Shown: piece by piece, positions 58,991-64,000 of the stretch
Layout: each line of letters opens with the position of its first letter
How positions within the stretch are numbered: position 1 is the stretch's first letter
DNA from: an uncultured Gemmatimonadales bacterium
Lineage (GTDB): Bacteria; Gemmatimonadota; Gemmatimonadetes; Longimicrobiales; Gaopeijiaceae
Assembly: GCA_963823035.1 (NCBI GenBank)
Contig: CAWGKG010000008.1
Coordinates: forward strand, 32,001-96,000
DNA length: 64,000 nucleotides
Direction: 5' to 3'
Translations under genes and position numbers: made by a program
Notes under the pieces: generated by a model
What the model saw: only the letters and a program-made list of their open reading frames with translations
Database searches by the model: none
Told to the model about the DNA's origin: nothing

Positions 58991-59140
58991 GGGGGCCATC
59001 TCATTCTACGTGATTGCGGCCCCAGGCGCTCGCCGGTCCCACGACGTCGAGCGCCACTTCCCGAGGCGGCGTAGTCGCGGTGACGTTTTCGTTACAGGAA
59101 TGTGTCTTGCCGACCTCCCGCCTCGATTGGATTCTCCAGC

Positions 59141-59491
59141 ATGATGATGGATCCGACGACGTACCTCGATTCGGTGTCCCTGAAAGACTTCGTTCATGCG
59201 GCCAGCTCAGAGCCGGTCCTGGGTGACGACGAGGAGGTGGCGCTCGCCGAGGCCGTCCGACGCGGTGACGTGGATGCCGTGGATCGGCTCATCCGCCTCC
59301 ATCTGCGCGATGCCATCGACGAGGCGATCCTGCACCGCGGCGAGGTTGCTGTTCGTACGTTGATCCAGCGGGGCGTGCGCGCCCTGGTCCAGGCGGCCCA
59401 TCGCTACCAGCCTGCGCGCGACGGCACGTTCAAAAGTTACGCTCGGACCTGGATGAAGCGCGAGATCCGGGCGGAGATCCTCCAGGACTGA
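59141..59491 (+). CDS. Sigma70 region 1.2/region 2-only protein (116 aa)
   Basis: SLKDFV...PVLGDDEEVALA...GDVDAVDRLIRLHLR...LIQRG...YQPARDGTFKSYARTWMKREI resembles RpoD/RpoS regions 1.2-2.4. Confidence 0.7.
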   Translation: MMMDPTTYLDSVSLKDFVHAASSEPVLGDDEEVALAEAVRRGDVDAVDRLIRLHLRDAIDEAILHRGEVAVRTLIQRGVRALVQAAHRYQPARDGTFKSYARTWMKREIRAEILQD

Positions 59492-59631
59492 GGGCCGCCA
59501 CCGGCCGCTCGCATCGCGCCCGAGCGGTGGCCGACCCCCCGAGATGTGACGCGCGGCCCCTCTCGCTATCTTCCGGAGGCCCCCCGCCTCCGTCGTAGCT
59601 CCGCATCCCGGGACTCCGAGGCCGCCCTTCC

Positions 59632-60846
59632 GTGAACCTCCTGCGCATGGTCTGGCGCAACGTCTGGCGCAACCGTCGCCGCTCGCTGGTGACGATCGCC
59701 GCCACGACGCTCGCGTTCACGGTGATGATCCTGTACTCGAGCATGGTCGAGGGGTATCTGCGCACCATGGAGCGCAACCTTCTCGACCTCGAGCTCGGGG
59801 ACGTGCAGGTGCATGCGACCGACTACCGGGACGACCCCTCGCTCTACTCCAGCATCCGCGACTCGGGGGAGCTCCTGCACCGCTTCGACGAGCACGGGTG
59901 GGCCGCCTCGGCGCGGCTGCTCGGATTCGGTCTGGGCGCGGCGACGGCCGCCTCCGCGGGCGTCCAGATCCAGGGCGTGGACGTGGCGCGGGACGCCACC
60001 GTGTCCCGCATCGACGAGCGCATCCGCGAAGGCGCGTGGCTGGATCCGGCCGACCCGTCCGGCGTGGTGCTCGGCGCGCAGCTGGCGCGCACGCTGGTGG
60101 TGAAGCCGGGCGACGAGCTGATCCTCCTCGGCCAGGCCTCGGACGGGAGCATGGCCAACGACCTCTACGTCGTGCGCGGCGTGCTCCTGGGCGTGAGCGA
60201 GGCGGTCGACCGCGCCGGCGTGTTCATGACCGAGGACGCCTTCCGCCGCTTCTTCGTCTTTCCGACCGGCGCGCACGAGATCATCCTGCGCCGGCCCGCG
60301 GGCGCGGACCTCGACGCTTTCGCCACGGACGTGCGGACCCTCGCGCCGAAGCAGCGGGTCGAGACCTGGCGCCAGTTGGTGCCCACCCTCGCATCCCTCC
60401 TGGACTCGGCCCGCGCGGTCATGATCATGGTCTTCATGATCGTGTACGTCGCCATCGGCATCCTGATCCTGAACGCGATGCTCATGGCGGTGTTCGAACG
60501 CATCCGTGAGTTCGGCGTGCTGAAGGCGATCGGATACGCACCGGCGCAGGTGCTCGCCGTCATCTTCGGGGAATGCGCGGTCCAGGCGGCGCTCGCGGTG
60601 ATCGCCGGCCTCGCGCTCGCCTTGCCCGGCCTCTGGTACCTGACCCGCTTCGGGGTCGACATGGGGCGCCTCGGCGGGATGGCCATGATGGGTGTGGTGA
60701 TGGACCCGATCTGGAGGGGCGTCATGGAGCCGAGCGTGATCGTCGGCCCCCTCGTCACCCTCCTCGTCATCATCACGCTGGCGGCGGTGTATCCGGCCGC
60801 CAAGGCCGCCTGGATCAGCCCGATCCGGGCCATCCAGCACCGCTGA
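59632..60846 (+). CDS. LolC/E-like FtsX ABC permease
   Basis: WRNVWRNRRRS, MAVFERIREFGVLKAIG, YPAAKAA. Confidence 0.9.
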   Translation: MNLLRMVWRNVWRNRRRSLVTIAATTLAFTVMILYSSMVEGYLRTMERNLLDLELGDVQVHATDYRDDPSLYSSIRDSGELLHRFDEHGWAASARLLGFGLGAATAASAGVQIQGVDVARDATVSRIDERIREGAWLDPADPSGVVLGAQLARTLVVKPGDELILLGQASDGSMANDLYVVRGVLLGVSEAVDRAGVFMTEDAFRRFFVFPTGAHEIILRRPAGADLDAFATDVRTLAPKQRVETWRQLVPTLASLLDSARAVMIMVFMIVYVAIGILILNAMLMAVFERIREFGVLKAIGYAPAQVLAVIFGECAVQAALAVIAGLALALPGLWYLTRFGVDMGRLGGMAMMGVVMDPIWRGVMEPSVIVGPLVTLLVIITLAAVYPAAKAAWISPIRAIQHR

Positions 60847-60863
60847 CGACGAGGACGGCAGGC

Positions 60864-62112
60864 ATGGGTGCTTCGCTGTTGTTCCGGATGGGGTGGCGCA
60901 ACCTCTGGCGCAACCGCCGTCGGACGGTGTTGACGCTCGTGTCGATCTCCTTCGGCCTCCTGCTCGCGATCCTCATGACCGCGCTGCAGGACCGGAACTG
61001 GGCCGACATGATCGACCTGGCCGCGCGCATGGGCGGCGGACACGTGACCGTGCAGCACCCCGAGCTGATCGACGCGCCCACGCTGGACAAGACGGTGATG
61101 GGCACCGGCGCCATCGCCGACATGGCCCTCGCCGACCCGGAGGTCACGCGGGTGATCGTGCGCATCGTGGGCCAGACGCTCCTGTCCACGGCGTCGAACA
61201 GCCGGGGCGCGGGCTTCGTGGGGATCGACCCCACCCGGGAGGATTCCACGACGCTCGCCGTCATCGACGCCTTCTCGGAAGGGGCGATGTTTCCCACCGC
61301 CGACGGCGACGGCATCGTGCTCGGCTCGCGGCTCGCCGAGAACCTGGGCCTGAGGCTCGGGAAGAAGGTCGTCTACAACCTCACGGACAGGAACGGCGAG
61401 ATCGTCGCCGGCCTGGCCCACGTCTCGGGCATCGTGCACACGGGAGCCCCGGGGGTGGACGGGGGCCTGGCCGCTCCTTCCCCTGAACACCCTGCGCGAG
61501 GCACTGGGCTACGGGCCCGACGAAGCCACGCAGGTGGCGGTCTTCATCCACGACCAGCGCCGCAGCGACGACGTGGCGGCGCGACTGAACGTGGCGTTGC
61601 CCGGCGGGGCGGTGGCGGTGCCGTGGCACGAGAACCAGCCCGAGCTGGCGGGCTTCATCGCGATGAAGGTGGGCGGGGCGAACTTCATGAAGATCCTCAT
61701 CGCGGTGCTGATCGCCGCGGGGATCTTCAACACCCTCTTCGTGAGCGTGACCGAGCGCATGCGCGAGTTCGGGATCATGCTGGCGATCGGGTACGCGCCT
61801 CGCGACATCCACCTGCTCGTGATGGCGGAAAGCCTGTGGATGGGGCTGGTCGGCCTGGTGGTGGGCGCACTCCTCACGGCCGGCCCCTACGCCTATCTCA
61901 GCGCGCACGGCATCGATATGAGCGCGATGGTCGGCCAGGGCGGCTCGGAGATCGCCGGCGTTGCGGTACCCTCGGTGATGAAGGTGGAGATCTTCCCGGT
62001 CAACGCCGTCTTCATCGCCTGCGCCGCGTTGGTGGCGACGCTGGCGGCCGGCGTCTATCCGGCCTGGAAGGCGGGGCGGGTGGCCCCCGTGGAGACGATC
62101 CGGCTCGTATGA
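60864..62112 (+). CDS. LolC/E-like FtsX ABC permease (frameshift near 61475)
   Basis: WRNLWRNRRRT, VSVTERMREFGIMLAIG, YPAWKA. Confidence 0.88.
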
Positions 62113-62146
62113 GCGGCCCGACGACGTTTCGAGCGAGGTGGCACCG

Positions 62147-62881
62147 ATGAGCGAGTCCGCATCCATCGTCCGGGTCGAGGGGGCGACGAAGGTGTACCAG
62201 CAGGGCCGCGTGGAGGTGCACGCGCTGCGGGGGCTGGACCTGGAGGTCGGCCCCGGCGAGCTGACGGCGCTCTACGGTCCGTCGGGCTCGGGGAAGACGA
62301 CCTTGCTGAACCTGATCGGCGCGCTCGACACGCCGACGTCGGGGCGCGTCCTCATCGAAGGGAGGGACCTCGGCAAGCTGAGCCGCCGGGAGCTCAGCCA
62401 CCTGCGCCGCGACCGCATCGGCTTCGTCTTCCAGGCCTACAACCTCATTCCCGTGCTGACCGCGTACGAGAACGCGGAGACCGTGATGGCGCTCCAGGGG
62501 GTGGACGCCGACGTGCGCCGCCGGAAGATCGAGGAGCTCTTCGCGGAGATGGGGCTCGACGGGATGGCCGATCGCCGTCCGGACGAGCTCTCGGGGGGAC
62601 AGCAGCAGAGGGTCGCGATCGCGCGCGCCATCGCCGCGGATCCGGCCGTGGTGCTCGCGGACGAGCCCACCGCCAACGTCGACTCCGAGACCGCGGACCG
62701 GCTGCTCGGTATCATGGAGAAGCTCAACCGTGAGCGGGAGGTCACGTTCATCTTCTCGACGCACGATCCGCGCGTCATGGAGCGCGCCCGGCGTCTGGTG
62801 AGGATCGTGGACGGCAGGGTGGACGGCGAGGAGAGGCGGGTGGAGTCGCGACCCGTCGAAGAGCCGCCCGAATCGAGGTGA
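62147..62881 (+). CDS. LolD-like ABC ATP-binding protein
   Basis: GPSGSGKTT, IGFVFQAYNL, LSGGQQQR, LADEPT, STHD. Confidence 0.93.
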   Translation: MSESASIVRVEGATKVYQQGRVEVHALRGLDLEVGPGELTALYGPSGSGKTTLLNLIGALDTPTSGRVLIEGRDLGKLSRRELSHLRRDRIGFVFQAYNLIPVLTAYENAETVMALQGVDADVRRRKIEELFAEMGLDGMADRRPDELSGGQQQRVAIARAIAADPAVVLADEPTANVDSETADRLLGIMEKLNREREVTFIFSTHDPRVMERARRLVRIVDGRVDGEERRVESRPVEEPPESR

Positions 62882-63012
62882 TGGCATCGGAGGCGCGCCC
62901 TGCGGTACCTTGAAAGAGGTACGCGCGTGCCCGCCGGCCGGAAACGGAGCGGCGGGCTCGTGGGTTCCGTGCGTTTCAAGGCCGGCGAAGGGGCGCGCCA
63001 GCCCCAATATCG

Positions 63013-63602
63013 ATGGAGGCACGAACGTGGTGGAGCGGGATTCGACGGCGCGGGCGCGGCGGGCGCCCTCGGGCGCCGGTGACCCCACCGTGCGTAGCCG
63101 CCTCATCGGGCTGCAGTCCGCCCGTGAGGGCCTCCGGCACGCGGTTGAGGTGGTACCGGCCGAGGCGCGCGAGAAGCGCCCTGGCGCGGAGCGGTGGTCG
63201 GTCGCGGAGATCCTCGAACATCTGGGCCTCGTCGAGGGCTCGGTGACGCGTCTGATCGGACGCCTCGCCGCCAACGGCGACACGGCGGACCTACCCGGCG
63301 AGGTGAGGCCGCTCGACATGGCGGCCCTCATGGACCGCAGCCATCCCATCCAGACCATCGAGAGCGCGCTTCCCAGCGGGGCCCTCACGTGGCGCCAGGC
63401 GTGGGACGAGCTGACCGAGCGGCGAAAGGAGCTGCTCCGGCTCATCACCTCCGTGGACGGGATCGTGCTCCACCGCGTGCGAGCTCCGCACTTCGTCTTC
63501 GGCCTCCTCGACGGCGTGGACTGGATCCGCTTCGTGGAGGGGCACGAGGCGCGCCACACCGCCCAGATCCTCGAGATCGCCCGCGACGCCAGGTCCGGCT
63601 AG
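63013..63602 (+). CDS. DinB_2-family protein (start uncertain)
   Basis: WSVAEILEHL, HFVFG, HEARH. Confidence 0.8.
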
Positions 63603-63610
63603 CCGCGCGG

Positions 63611-64000
63611 CTAGCGCCCGAGCACGCTCCTGCAGCGCTCGAGCGTCCACTCGTCGACGACGGGAGGCGGCCACGTGCCTTGCTGCGCGCCCTCCACGAG
63701 ACTCCGCGCCTCGGCGCGTGCGCGCTCGGCGGTGGCTCCGTCGACCCACTCCCGGCCGAGCGCCTCGTCGAGCTCGTCCTCGTCGAGGAGCAGCGCCCTT
63801 CCGTCACGCCCGACCCATACGTCGAGGAACAGATCGGTGGTGTCCCACCGTTCCCCGTCCAACTCGGGAGGCGTGAGGATGTTCGCGTAGCACCCGGTGA
63901 AGGTGCCGTCGGCCCGGTGGAAGCGGCCGATGTCGTGCCACACCCCGGGGAAGGTGAACCACACGACGTCGCTCCCGAGCTCCAGCACGACGCTTCCTTC
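63611..64000 (-). CDS. DUF402-family protein (partial)
   Basis: GCYANI, DLFLDVWV, LLDEDELDEAL. Confidence 0.75.
   Translation of the reverse strand, partial: EGSVVLELGSDVVWFTFPGVWHDIGRFHRADGTFTGCYANILTPPELDGERWDTTDLFLDVWVGRDGRALLLDEDELDEALGREWVDGATAERARAEARSLVEGAQQGTWPPPVVDEWTLERCRSVLGR

Overview
A high-GC bacterial chromosomal window. Gene content (PadR/duplicated-permease pairs, DUF5916-type and PIG-L proteins, waaA) suggests a Gram-negative lineage such as Gemmatimonadota, but this is inference. It holds about 50 genes: a complete his operon (hisG-D-C-H-A-B-F-IE, minus strand) with a His-rich leader peptide and attenuator, gyrA, uvrA, waaA, several ABC systems, peptidases, SPFH proteins, a DsbA/VKOR pair and a c-di-GMP module. 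Roughly 20 genes, including essential ones, carry single-base frameshifts that look like long-read indel errors, so several ORF-track fusions are artefacts. No rRNA, tRNA, CRISPR array or transposase was recognised. The most notable items are: (1) a 330-bp symmetric non-coding element upstream of the his promoter, with 26-bp perfect terminal inverted repeats, mirrored internal hairpin modules and a central IHF-like site; (2) a stand-alone sigma70 region 1.2/2-only protein divergent from a GGDEF-REC-REC-HD-GYP gene; (3) an ATP-grasp/SET fusion coupled to a glycosyltransferase resembling eukaryotic B3GNTL1/QTGAL; (4) a His attenuator; (5) palindromic PadR operator candidates overlapping a promoter.
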